Part shown: piece after piece, positions 37,792-46,489 of the stretch
Position numbering within the stretch: the stretch's first letter is position 1
How the letters are laid out: the number at the start of each line of letters is the position of its first letter
Virus record (IMG/VR): IMGVR_UViG_3300044614_001468
Span: 1 to 55,471 of that record
Length of the DNA stretch: 55,471 nucleotides
Source: a virus
Lineage: Duplodnaviria; Caudoviricetes
Direction: 5' to 3' (one strand)
Notes under the pieces: model-generated
Database searches by the model: none
What the model was told of the DNA's origin: nothing
What the model saw: only the letters and a program-made list of their open reading frames with translations
Program-made: the position numbers and the translations under genes

Positions 37792-37960
37792 AGTTAATTA
37801 CCGCCGAGAATCTGGCCTATCTCATAAGGCTCAAGGTGAAAGTCAAGACACATAATGTGAGTATGTTTGACGTGGTTTATGTAGTCGTGTATGTTGTTTG
37901 ATTTACATACAGGAACGAGACAATAGTGGAATGTATTGTCAAGAGAACGAATTATTACTA

Positions 37961-38239
37961 TCATCTTGGAGGTAGGTTTTTAATCTTGTTTAAAACTTCT
38001 GCAACTTCAAAGAAATCGAGAAAACCCATCACATCGTCTGTGATAGGAGTATCATACACAATGCGATCGTCATGCATTACAGCAATCTCAAACAGTCCAT
38101 CGTGTCCGCCTTTTGTCCAACGGCAATCACCATTTACTACCAACGTGCCTGCACCATTACCGCAAATGATTGAGGCTGTGTATCCGTTTTCGAACTTAAT
38201 CTTTTTTCCGTAGTTTATTACTTCTTTCATATTATGCAT
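37961..38239 (-). CDS. Early hypothetical protein
   Basis: FENGY.ASI...GLFEIAV...DDV.G.L. Confidence 0.7.
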   Translation of the reverse strand: MHNMKEVINYGKKIKFENGYTASIICGNGAGTLVVNGDCRWTKGGHDGLFEIAVMHDDRIVYDTPITDDVMGFLDFFEVAEVLNKIKNLPPR

Positions 38240-38492
38240 CTTTGATTGTTATGTTTGTTGTACCGGTTTGAAAAGCTTTTCCGTTCGTACCCTTTGCAGA
38301 GCGATGCGTCACACGCTTATGCACCTTAAACACGTCAGGATGCATAGGCTGAATCGCGCCGCCTGTCTTGTGGCCAAAGTTGAGAGCGCCTTTGTATTGC
38401 CATTGTGGCTGACAAGAGATGCAACGCGAGAAGCCGAGAGCTTTTCTATCGGCGTCAATAACTTGAAGACAACGTAAGCAACGATTTGTCAT
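38232..38492 (-). CDS. Early zinc-finger protein (CxxC...CxxC)
   Basis: CLRC...R..LG...CISC, DksA/TraR C4-like spacing. Confidence 0.6.
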   Translation of the reverse strand: MTNRCLRCLQVIDADRKALGFSRCISCQPQWQYKGALNFGHKTGGAIQPMHPDVFKVHKRVTHRSAKGTNGKAFQTGTTNITIKDA

Positions 38493-38623
38493 AAGCTTTC
38501 ATCTCGTCCAATATCCCATCCCGGACCATCATCAAGAGGCTCATCGTCATAGATGCTCAATTCGCGACGCAAGTCTTCGAGTGTGGGATTTTCTTCTATT
38601 TCTTCAACTGGTTCTTTCATAGA

Positions 38624-38938
38624 TTAAAAAGTTTTGTGACTCTCAATAAAGTTCTTAGCATTTAGAAGATTGCAAGGATAACCTGTTAGCTTGAGATGCA
38701 AGCCCATAAAGAATTTCATCATGCGAATCTTAACGGGTCCGAGTCTTTCATCTTTGTCAGATGGTTGCATAAGGTCAGACCATAGCTCTTGCACCATAAG
38801 GCTCGTGTAGGTCACGGCGTGAACCTCACGAATAGGCTCCATGTCGGAGATTGCAACTTCGACATCTTCATCAAGCCTTTGATAAAAGTAATGAGCTAAT
38901 AGTCTTTCGGCCTCTTGTTTGTTTACTGTTATTTTCAT
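38624..38938 (-). CDS. Early hypothetical protein
   Basis: ORF with A-rich leader. Confidence 0.6.
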   Translation of the reverse strand: MKITVNKQEAERLLAHYFYQRLDEDVEVAISDMEPIREVHAVTYTSLMVQELWSDLMQPSDKDERLGPVKIRMMKFFMGLHLKLTGYPCNLLNAKNFIESHKTF

Positions 38939-39051
38939 TTTATTTAGTTAGTACATTATTCCTTTGACAAAGTAATACAAAGTGACCAGTAAGATCACAG
39001 AACCTACAATCAAAACAATGAGTTCGTCTTTCTTGTGTTGTTTCATAAATA

Positions 39052-39276
39052 TCAAATCCAATCAATTTTACTTTTCTCAGTCGCTCTCACAATACGAGAG
39101 ACACTTGGTTTATGACAGAGCCAAGCCTTTGCCTTATGGACAGATTGCTTGTCTTTCTTAGCATTGCGCTTTGAAAGAGGCACAAGTTGCTTGTGCATTT
39201 TGGATTGCTTCGAGGCAAAGTATTTGCCTAGATTGACAGAGTTAAATCTGTCAAATTGTTTTTGCTTTCTGGTCAT
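39052..39276 (-). CDS. Early basic hypothetical protein
   Basis: Lys-rich 74-aa ORF. Confidence 0.5.
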   Translation of the reverse strand: MTRKQKQFDRFNSVNLGKYFASKQSKMHKQLVPLSKRNAKKDKQSVHKAKAWLCHKPSVSRIVRATEKSKIDWI

Positions 39277-39342
39277 AAAAAAGAGCTTTTAGTTATTCAC
39301 TAAAAGCTCGATCAAGGCACAACGCTTCGCGTTGTGTGTTGT

Positions 39343-39432
39343 TTATTCCTGCTCTGCTTCGAGTTCGAAGCGGCAGTCGATGCACAAGCAATCATTGGCT
39401 TGTGCTTTCTGGTCACAATATTTGCATTCCAT
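39343..39432 (-). CDS. 29-aa Cys-rich peptide MECKYCDQKAQANDCLCIDCRFELEAEQE
   Basis: Translated by eye; CxxC...CxxC. Confidence 0.55.
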   Translation of the reverse strand: MECKYCDQKAQANDCLCIDCRFELEAEQE

Positions 39433-40335
39433 AATAACCTAGACTTTGCATCTAGTCTTTACCTTGTAGTGTGTGGATAGTTTGAAGAAAGAGAAGGTTT
39501 GAATAAAACCATTTAGTGCGTGGATATTGCGTTGTGGATAATGCGCAACACTACAAAGCAAAGACTAAATGCAAAAGCCTTGCGAGTCACCTATTGTTTC
39601 CCTTGCAAAAGGCAAGGCAATAGCGCAAGGCTTTTGATTTAGTTTTTGAGGTTATTTAATTGGGCAAGCTACCAAAGATAACCTACAAAGAGTCTTTTGT
39701 TTAAGTGTTTCTGTCTTCTGACATCCGATGGACAGTTTCTTAAGCAATCGGAAAGCTAACACTTAGGGCCGTCGTTAGGCGTTGCACCTAACACGTTTTT
39801 CTTTTGGTTCCGGTCAAAGCCTAGCCAACCAAAAGAGTCCCAAAGACTTTGGGCTTTTGTTTTCGTTTCTTTGTCTACTTGTCCCGCATTTAATCGGTTC
39901 ACTCTTTCGAAGAGTCTAGACAAGCTTTCAAAGTCTACTAGCAAGAGCCTTTCCCATTCATCGCAGGGAACACACAAGGGTAAATCCCCTATGTTGTACG
40001 TTTCACGTCTCACGTTTCTTTGTTAAATGCGTTTGAGTTTTAAATCTTAACATTAAACAAAGAAAACCGGTTTTTTATTCCTACTTTAACAAAAGGGGAT
40101 TTAATGTCTGCATAGCTACTTTGTCCGATTCTTTAGTGTTTCTCTTAACACTTTAGCTTTTCCCGCTACTAGGTTAAATGCGTTTCTTCCGATTTACCTA
40201 GACTCTTAAGGCAATTTACACTTTGCCTTAATAGCTTCACGCTACTTCTAAAGAATTATTTCCGCTCCTTTTGATAGTATCAAAAAGGCACGCTATGCGT
40301 TTATTAAATCCGGTTTTTTGTATTATTCAAACCGG
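39433..40335 (-). ncRNA. Candidate large structured non-coding RNA
   Basis: Many nested complementary segments; mismatches in the longest helices resolve as G.U on the minus strand. Confidence 0.55.
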
Positions 40336-40337
40336 GC

Positions 40338-40856
40338 TTTGTGTGTGCTAGGTTCACTCTCCCGCTTTAACACGGGAGAGTGTGAAGTGTTACCGTCAAT
40401 TAGGCTTTTGTTGGCGTCTGGGAAGCTCCCTGAGAGGCTTTGAGAGCCGGGAGGGTGCTATCCCCGGTCTCAACTTCACAAGCTCTCAGGAGAGCATTTA
40501 AACGCATTCCAAGAGCATTGGAGATCCCGCTCAAGGCTTCCCATCGAGCAGTCTCGTTTTCAAGAATGCTCTTGTGCGTTCCCTTGGCAAAAGAACCTTT
40601 GACGATAGGACCGATTGCAGAGCCTTTGCTCATACCAACAGCCTTGGCGGTATCTTTGAGGCTCTCAGCCTTTCCGATCTCTCTAACGAAATCGGCGGGA
40701 TGGATTGCACACAAAGAAACGAGATCCTTGACAAAAGGAATGACAGTTTGATTGACGGTATTGTTGTTTTTGTTTTGCATTTTAGTATTAGGTTTTAGTT
40801 TTAGTTTTTAACTTCACACTTTGTTTTATTCAAAGAGTGAACCTAACACACACAAA
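40338..40856. repeat. Long-range inverted repeats flanking the 126-aa ORF
   Basis: 40338-40360 vs 40834-40856 (22/23) and 40379-40388 vs 40811-40820 (10/10). Confidence 0.9.
40400..40780 (-). CDS. First early protein (126 aa), unknown function
   Basis: ATG with A-rich leader; only sizeable plausible ORF in the region. Confidence 0.7.
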   Translation of the reverse strand: MQNKNNNTVNQTVIPFVKDLVSLCAIHPADFVREIGKAESLKDTAKAVGMSKGSAIGPIVKGSFAKGTHKSILENETARWEALSGISNALGMRLNALLRACEVETGDSTLPALKASQGASQTPTKA

Positions 40857-41236
40857 TAAATATGTTTTGTCCCTTTGGCTCAAAGGAGAGCCAACAAAAG
40901 GGATTCTATAAAACCGCCACAAAGCAAAGCCTTGCGCGAGAAAACCCACGCAAAGCCTTTAATGCGATTCCGGAAAAGAACAAAAACTGACAATCTGCAA
41001 AGTCTTCTATACGCCAAAAACCGTCAAGCCTTTTCAAAAAACGTAACGCAAACGTAACTTAACAGTAGCCTAACCTTAACTTGACAAGCTATTTTAGGTA
41101 ACAAAAAACGCTATTTTAAGTAAAAAACGGGTATTCTAGGGAAAACCACAAAAGACGCAACAAAAAACGAAAACTATTAGAAAAACTAATCTAACCTCAA
41201 AAACACTAAAGGCTTTCTAATGCCCTACAAGCCAAC

Positions 41237-41277
41237 AAAACACTTGTAAATCTCAAAAAACACTTGTAAATCTCAAA
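41237..41277. repeat. 20-bp tandem duplication (aaaacacttgtaaatctcaa)
   Basis: Two exact adjacent copies. Confidence 0.9.
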
Positions 41278-41332
41278 TAAAACAAGCTTTTTCTTTAGGT
41301 AATTGGATTAGTTAAAAGTTAGGAAAGGTAGG

Positions 41333-41559
41333 AAATACGCTTATTGGGGTCTGGTCAATTTGGGCTTATAGTTAAATTAGGTCTAATACAATATTATGTT
41401 TTATTATAATACTTTAATATGCTATTTATAATATTTTATTACCTTAGTTCTAATTTATTATTATAAATACAATATTAGACTCTTAAGACTCCCATTTATA
41501 CGATATTCAAGTTAAAACAAACACAAGCGCAATTTCGGTATTTATCAATAAGCGTATTT
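41333..41559. repeat. 14-bp perfect inverted repeat enclosing an extremely AT-rich core
   Basis: aaatacgcttattg (41333-41346) / caataagcgtattt (41546-41559); inner gtctaata/tattagac. Confidence 0.8.
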
Positions 41560-41622
41560 TCTTGTTTATAAATAGCCTTTAACACTCTCAAAACACAACA
41601 AAACGCTATTTACAAAGAGCTT

Positions 41623-41757
41623 CAATGCATAGAACTGCTATGCATCACAGCGCAATCCCTTGCACTTCTATCCCTAAGACTTCTATCCCTAAGACTCCAA
41701 TGCATCACTCTACTATGCATCTCTCTGCTATGCATCACAGTCCAATGCATCCCCGAC
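41623..41757 (+). repeat. Array of nine 15-bp imperfect repeats (C[AT]ATGCATC.. / C[AT]ATCCCT..)
   Basis: Exact 15-nt period, units aligned by eye. Confidence 0.9.
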
Positions 41758-41856
41758 AAGCCGGTGTACGGAAAGACCCGAAAAATTGTGCCTTTGTTCG
41801 AACACGTCTCCTCACAGATTTTATAGATTTTTTAGCCCTTTTTTGCATATTCTTTT

Positions 41857-41874
41857 ATGGCATTCTAAAAGCTT
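41857..41874 (+). promoter_or_regulatory. Putative sigma-54 late promoter of the terminase operon
   Basis: aTGGCAttctaaaaGCtt; the -12 C lies 15 nt before the terS ATG. Confidence 0.65.
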
Positions 41875-41886
41875 TGATCGTTTTAT

Positions 41887-42429
41887 ATGAGTGACTTAAT
41901 GATGAGAAATCAGATATTAGGACTAAGGCGCGCAGGGATGAGTTGTGAAGAGATATCTGCCGCGCTTGAGGTTGACCCTGTAGTGGTAAAGTTGGCCTTA
42001 GAAGCGACAGGTGGGTCTGTAGCCTTAAGAAAAGAAGCCCTCAAAGAGGAAGACATAACCGACGATGTCTCTGAACAAGAGGCCAAAGAGATGATGGGCA
42101 TCATCAAGAACATAGCCCGTGACGAAGACTCTGGCGTCTATGCCCGACTAAACGCGGCTAAGTATGCCCATGGCGCCAAGCGCGGTTATCACAAACGCCA
42201 TCTCGATCTTAACGTGGGCTCGGGCGAATTGCTTCTCAAGATCAACGAAGCCTACGCCTCAGCATCTATGCGCGCCCGCGCGGCTCTTAGCGGCCAATCT
42301 CTCACCGCTAAAGAAATCACCATCGAGGCCCCAATAACCGTAGAGGCGCCCTTAGCCGCAGAACTCCCTTCTGATCACACTACTCAATCAGAGCCTGCGG
42401 CGCCGAAACCCCGGCCCTTTAAGATATGA
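41887..42429 (+). CDS. terS: Putative terminase small subunit
   Basis: N-terminal HTH (GMSCEEISAAL), RLNAAKY; overlaps the terL start. Confidence 0.6.
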   Translation: MSDLMMRNQILGLRRAGMSCEEISAALEVDPVVVKLALEATGGSVALRKEALKEEDITDDVSEQEAKEMMGIIKNIARDEDSGVYARLNAAKYAHGAKRGYHKRHLDLNVGSGELLLKINEAYASASMRARAALSGQSLTAKEITIEAPITVEAPLAAELPSDHTTQSEPAAPKPRPFKI

Positions 42430-44195
42430 CAAAGACTCCAATCTCCGCTGATACACTCAAACTTGTTCAAGCCCGTCGCGCACTTGAGGCAGAGAAAGCT
42501 GCAGAAAAAGAACGTGCAAAAGCAGCCAAAAAGAAAGCTGTAGAAGTTCCGCCTAAAGCGCCTGACGCTGTCGTAGTAGAGCCGCCTGCAAAAAACAAAC
42601 GCTACATTGCGCATCAGATCGACACCCCGGCGGATTTACTCCTCGCCCATCGACCTGATCTGAAGCTCTATAAATGGCAAGCAGAAACTCTATTTCAACT
42701 TGCAGGATATACCGACATCAATGATCTCGATCTGCCTAAAACTCGACCAACCGACAAGACGCCGTTATACTACAATCTTGTCGCGGCCAACGGAAGCGGA
42801 AAAGATCAGGTCGTTATTAGCTCCTTCGCTGTCTGGTTTTGCCTTTCCAAAGTCCGTTCTCGATGCGTCATTACGTCATCTTCGTACGAGCAGCTTAAGG
42901 ATCAGACGTATAAGTACATAAAGAACATCTGTGAAGAGATCAATGTCTCGTATGGCCGTAAGGTATTTGAGATCGTTGAGTTCTTGATTACCTGTAATGA
43001 CACCGGCAGCGAGATCAAATGCTTCGTGACAGATGACCCCGGCAAAGCCGAAGGGCGTCACCCGTTCGACGAACCCGGCGCCGAGATGGCCGTGATCATT
43101 AATGAAGCTAAATCTATCACCGATGAAATGTTCCAAGCCTTCTCACGCTTTACAGGTTATAACTACTGGCTTGAAATCTCTTCGCCCGGCAAGAATAGCG
43201 GCCATTTTTTCAAGCGTTGTACGCGTGCAAAGCGCACATTCCCAGATCCTCTCGAAATAGGCGAATTCTACTGGCGTCGTGTCACGGCATTCGACTGCCC
43301 TCATCTTCTTGGCAAACACATCGAGCATCTTAAGGACGAACACGGTGAACAATCCCTCATCTATCGAAGTCAAGTATTGGCTGAGTTTACCTCACTCGAC
43401 GAAGCCGCATTTATACCTTCAACACTATTCGAAAACTACCCAGCAAATCCACCGCGTACATTTGGATTGCCCAATCGAGCGGGCATCGACTTATCACTCG
43501 GCGGCGATGAAACTGTGGCGTACTTCTTTATCCATGGAAAACTCCACCTACGAACAACAAAGATTCGTAACGAGGCAATTCTCCACAATCAGATCATCAG
43601 TTGGATTAAAGAATTTAACGTCACGCCCTCTGAGGTACGCATTGACGATGGCGGTCTGGGACGACCTATCGTGCAGCGAGTGCAAAATGCAGGTTATGAC
43701 GTCGTGCCGATACGAAACGAAGCCCGATCAACCAACCCAAATTTCTACAAAAACAGAGGCGTTGAAAACTGGAATCGTATTAAGCGTGCTCTTGAAGACC
43801 GTGCGTTTCCTGCACTTAATGACGACCTTACTCGCCAACAGTTATGTACGCGTGGCTTCTCTGTTAAAGGGATCGTCACGCTCTTAGAGCCTAAAGCAGA
43901 AATGCGCTCGCGTGGTTTGTCGTCGCCTGATCGCGCAGACGCTCTTGCGCTTTGTTTTGACAGTGTTCCTCTTGGAGCTTTCAAAGAAGAAACATTACAC
44001 ACAACTGAACCAGAAAGTCGTTTCTTAGAACTCATAGATCTTAACAAAAAAGGCCTCTTAACGCAGAACGAAGCTCAAGAACTCACACTTCTTTGGGGTC
44101 AGATGACACACAGACCGGCACAGGAAACGCTAAATTCGCCTGAGCCGCGTGAAGAATTACGTGGTCAATATCATCAATTCGTAACCGCTAAATAA
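42426..44195 (+). CDS. terL: Terminase large subunit
   Basis: AANGSGKD Walker A, IINEAK Walker B, ISSP, GIDLSLGGD, IDDGGLG, SPDRADAL. Confidence 0.9.
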   Translation: MTKTPISADTLKLVQARRALEAEKAAEKERAKAAKKKAVEVPPKAPDAVVVEPPAKNKRYIAHQIDTPADLLLAHRPDLKLYKWQAETLFQLAGYTDINDLDLPKTRPTDKTPLYYNLVAANGSGKDQVVISSFAVWFCLSKVRSRCVITSSSYEQLKDQTYKYIKNICEEINVSYGRKVFEIVEFLITCNDTGSEIKCFVTDDPGKAEGRHPFDEPGAEMAVIINEAKSITDEMFQAFSRFTGYNYWLEISSPGKNSGHFFKRCTRAKRTFPDPLEIGEFYWRRVTAFDCPHLLGKHIEHLKDEHGEQSLIYRSQVLAEFTSLDEAAFIPSTLFENYPANPPRTFGLPNRAGIDLSLGGDETVAYFFIHGKLHLRTTKIRNEAILHNQIISWIKEFNVTPSEVRIDDGGLGRPIVQRVQNAGYDVVPIRNEARSTNPNFYKNRGVENWNRIKRALEDRAFPALNDDLTRQQLCTRGFSVKGIVTLLEPKAEMRSRGLSSPDRADALALCFDSVPLGAFKEETLHTTEPESRFLELIDLNKKGLLTQNEAQELTLLWGQMTHRPAQETLNSPEPREELRGQYHQFVTAK

Positions 44196-44197
44196 CT

Positions 44198-44500
44198 ATG
44201 GATGGATCAATGGATTACATCGACGAGTTTTTCTCGTCCCTTAGCCCTGAAGAGGTTAAGTATGCACAATCGTGCATGCAACGTATGGGTTCAGAGAAGT
44301 CCGGCACGCCGATGTCAGAAGGCCAAGAAGAGCCTAACGATTCTGACTCCGACGAATACACCAACGGCAAAGGCCCAAACAACGAAGCCAAAGGCGGCGA
44401 CAGTAATGCGACCGTGCCTAAGGCCCTTGCCGACAGCGTGAAGAAAAAGAAAGACAGCATCCCGCTCAAAGAAGCTGAGATGTTTGACGAAGAGGAATAA
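44198..44500 (+). CDS. Acidic hypothetical protein
   Basis: Between terL and portal. Confidence 0.6.
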   Translation: MDGSMDYIDEFFSSLSPEEVKYAQSCMQRMGSEKSGTPMSEGQEEPNDSDSDEYTNGKGPNNEAKGGDSNATVPKALADSVKKKKDSIPLKEAEMFDEEE

Positions 44501-44503
44501 CAT

Positions 44504-46300
44504 ATGAACGAACCCGCAACGAATCCAGAGACTTCCGCTATTCTAGCCAAAGCTGGCCAGAAAAACCTGTTGGACCTCAATACCGCCAATGGGCTTTTCA
44601 GTCAGTATATTTCATCGCACGGCGCTGTAGAGGCGACTATCGTCACCAATCGGCGCTTGCGGTCAAATAAAGCTGATGTCGAACAGATGCGTTCGGCGGG
44701 GCTTCTTCAAGAGAATCAGACCTTTATTGGTGTTCGTCTGATTCATCAAAATATCAATCAAGCGTTGCCTCCGTTGCTTTCTTATCTAAAGCAATCCCCA
44801 CGGATGGCGACGTTTGTGCCCGGCGACAACGCTTATCTCGATCAAGAGTTCACACGCGTGTTGCAATATCCCGGCTGGGAAGTTCCTTACATAGAGCTTC
44901 TCGACGGCGCTGAGCTAAACGGTCTCGGTTATATGCGCGTAAAGCATGATGCAACAAAGCTTGGCGCGGTCGCAATGGATACAGTTCCGATGAACGAGAT
45001 CATTTATGATCGTCGTCTTAAATCCTTGCAAGATAGCCCAGCCGTTCTTATCAAACATGTGATCACGTCCGTGACGTTTTATCACTGGGATTCTTTCGAA
45101 AATTTTGACAAAGAAAGCGATGGCTATAAAGCGATCGCAAACAAGCTTCTCTCTAACGAAGTCAACTCAGTGGGCGATGATCTTGTGATCTATGAGACTT
45201 TTGTAAAAGTCAACGGTTTTGTTTATCGCGGCTGGTATTACAAAGACAGCAAGCAATGGCTTAAGCAACCTTTGCCGTTTAGCAATGGCATTGAGGAGAC
45301 CGTGCCTGAGATCAACATTGATCCGATGGCAATGACGTCAGAGCCTACCTATGTCAGCAAGCCCGTTCATCTCACCTATTATCCTATCGCAGTCAAACGC
45401 ATTGCGATTATTGAAAATCGTAAGCACGATGAAGTAGAAGGTCGAGCGGTCGATGATTATCACAAGCAAGAAGCCGCAACGACGCTGATGACCGCGGCGG
45501 TCAATGGATCTACTCAGGCCGCCAATACGATGTGGGCGCCAGACGGTGCAAATCTCGATGGCGTTGCTCCAGCGCAGCTTCAATTCAAGATCAAGAACAA
45601 CGCGATCTGGAAGACTCCGATGAGAGCCTTCACGTCGCCGTGGCCCGACCCGATGATCTTTAAGGGTATCGAGTCTGTGATTCAGCAGAACGCAATGGAG
45701 ACCAATCAGGTTGCGTGGGCCGTCAACAATCGCAAAGATTCTCGTAAGACTGCGACCGAGATCGAAGCTGCTCAGCAGCAGCAAGGCATGCTCACTGGCA
45801 CGTCTGCTTTAGTATTCAGCATTTTCCTACGCGACGTCCTTACGATGACATGGCCGATCGTGCAAAGCGCTGCAAAGAAAGGCACAATCAAGTTCCTGAT
45901 CGAAGTCTCTGATCCGGTCGAAAAGGAAGCAATCCTTAGCAAACAATACGAAGTCAAGCCCGCAGGCGATATTGATTTCGTAGAAAAACAACAGCGCATT
46001 GCTAATATCCAACAAGACTTGCCTCTCTTTCAAGGTCAGCCTATTGGCCAAGAAATGCTCAAAGAATACATTCGTCTTCGTTATCCTGAAAAATATGATG
46101 CGTGGTCTAAAGTTCTCACCCAAGGCAACGACGCGCAACTCATCCAAGGCTTGGCCCAAGCACTACAAGCGACAGTCACCGACGAGGCCACAGGCCAACT
46201 TAAGCCTGAGTTTCAGCCCGAAGCACAATCGCTCCAGCAACTTCAGCAAGCCGTCGAGCAGCGCCTAGCTCAATCACCTAATGCCACCCAGCAAGGCTAA
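44504..46300 (+). CDS. Portal protein
   Basis: 598 aa after terL; KTATEI motif; Gln-rich C-terminus. Confidence 0.8.
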   Translation: MNEPATNPETSAILAKAGQKNLLDLNTANGLFSQYISSHGAVEATIVTNRRLRSNKADVEQMRSAGLLQENQTFIGVRLIHQNINQALPPLLSYLKQSPRMATFVPGDNAYLDQEFTRVLQYPGWEVPYIELLDGAELNGLGYMRVKHDATKLGAVAMDTVPMNEIIYDRRLKSLQDSPAVLIKHVITSVTFYHWDSFENFDKESDGYKAIANKLLSNEVNSVGDDLVIYETFVKVNGFVYRGWYYKDSKQWLKQPLPFSNGIEETVPEINIDPMAMTSEPTYVSKPVHLTYYPIAVKRIAIIENRKHDEVEGRAVDDYHKQEAATTLMTAAVNGSTQAANTMWAPDGANLDGVAPAQLQFKIKNNAIWKTPMRAFTSPWPDPMIFKGIESVIQQNAMETNQVAWAVNNRKDSRKTATEIEAAQQQQGMLTGTSALVFSIFLRDVLTMTWPIVQSAAKKGTIKFLIEVSDPVEKEAILSKQYEVKPAGDIDFVEKQQRIANIQQDLPLFQGQPIGQEMLKEYIRLRYPEKYDAWSKVLTQGNDAQLIQGLAQALQATVTDEATGQLKPEFQPEAQSLQQLQQAVEQRLAQSPNATQQG

Positions 46301-46484
46301 TTGGATTATGTGGGCTAACAGCGCGGAAACTCTACATTTCCTCGCTTGGCTCTCTGAAGAACAAAACAAAAGGCTTAAAGCAGCAATGCATAAAGCCTGT
46401 TCTTCCACATCCACACAAGAAGATCTCCTTCGAGCTAAAGCGTTCGAAGACATTAAACAACACATCACAGACCTGCAGCAATAA
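46281..46484 (+). CDS. Small hypothetical head protein
   Basis: Position between portal and scaffold. Confidence 0.55.
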   Translation: MPPSKANWIMWANSAETLHFLAWLSEEQNKRLKAAMHKACSSTSTQEDLLRAKAFEDIKQHITDLQQ

Positions 46485-46489
46485 CTCCT

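Noticed and set aside
39756-40013. 85-aa ORF as a protein gene
   Set aside because: GTG start, no recognisable motif, and it lies inside densely paired sequence; not excluded, but unsupported.
40990-41030. Sigma-70 early promoter (TTGACG on minus strand)
   Set aside because: No convincing -10 hexamer at 16-18 nt spacing, so it cannot be supported.
41623-41894. CRISPR array, or the 89-aa MHRTAMHH ORF as a real gene
   Set aside because: The units are contiguous with no spacers; the ORF is just a translation of the 15-bp repeats and runs over the predicted promoter.
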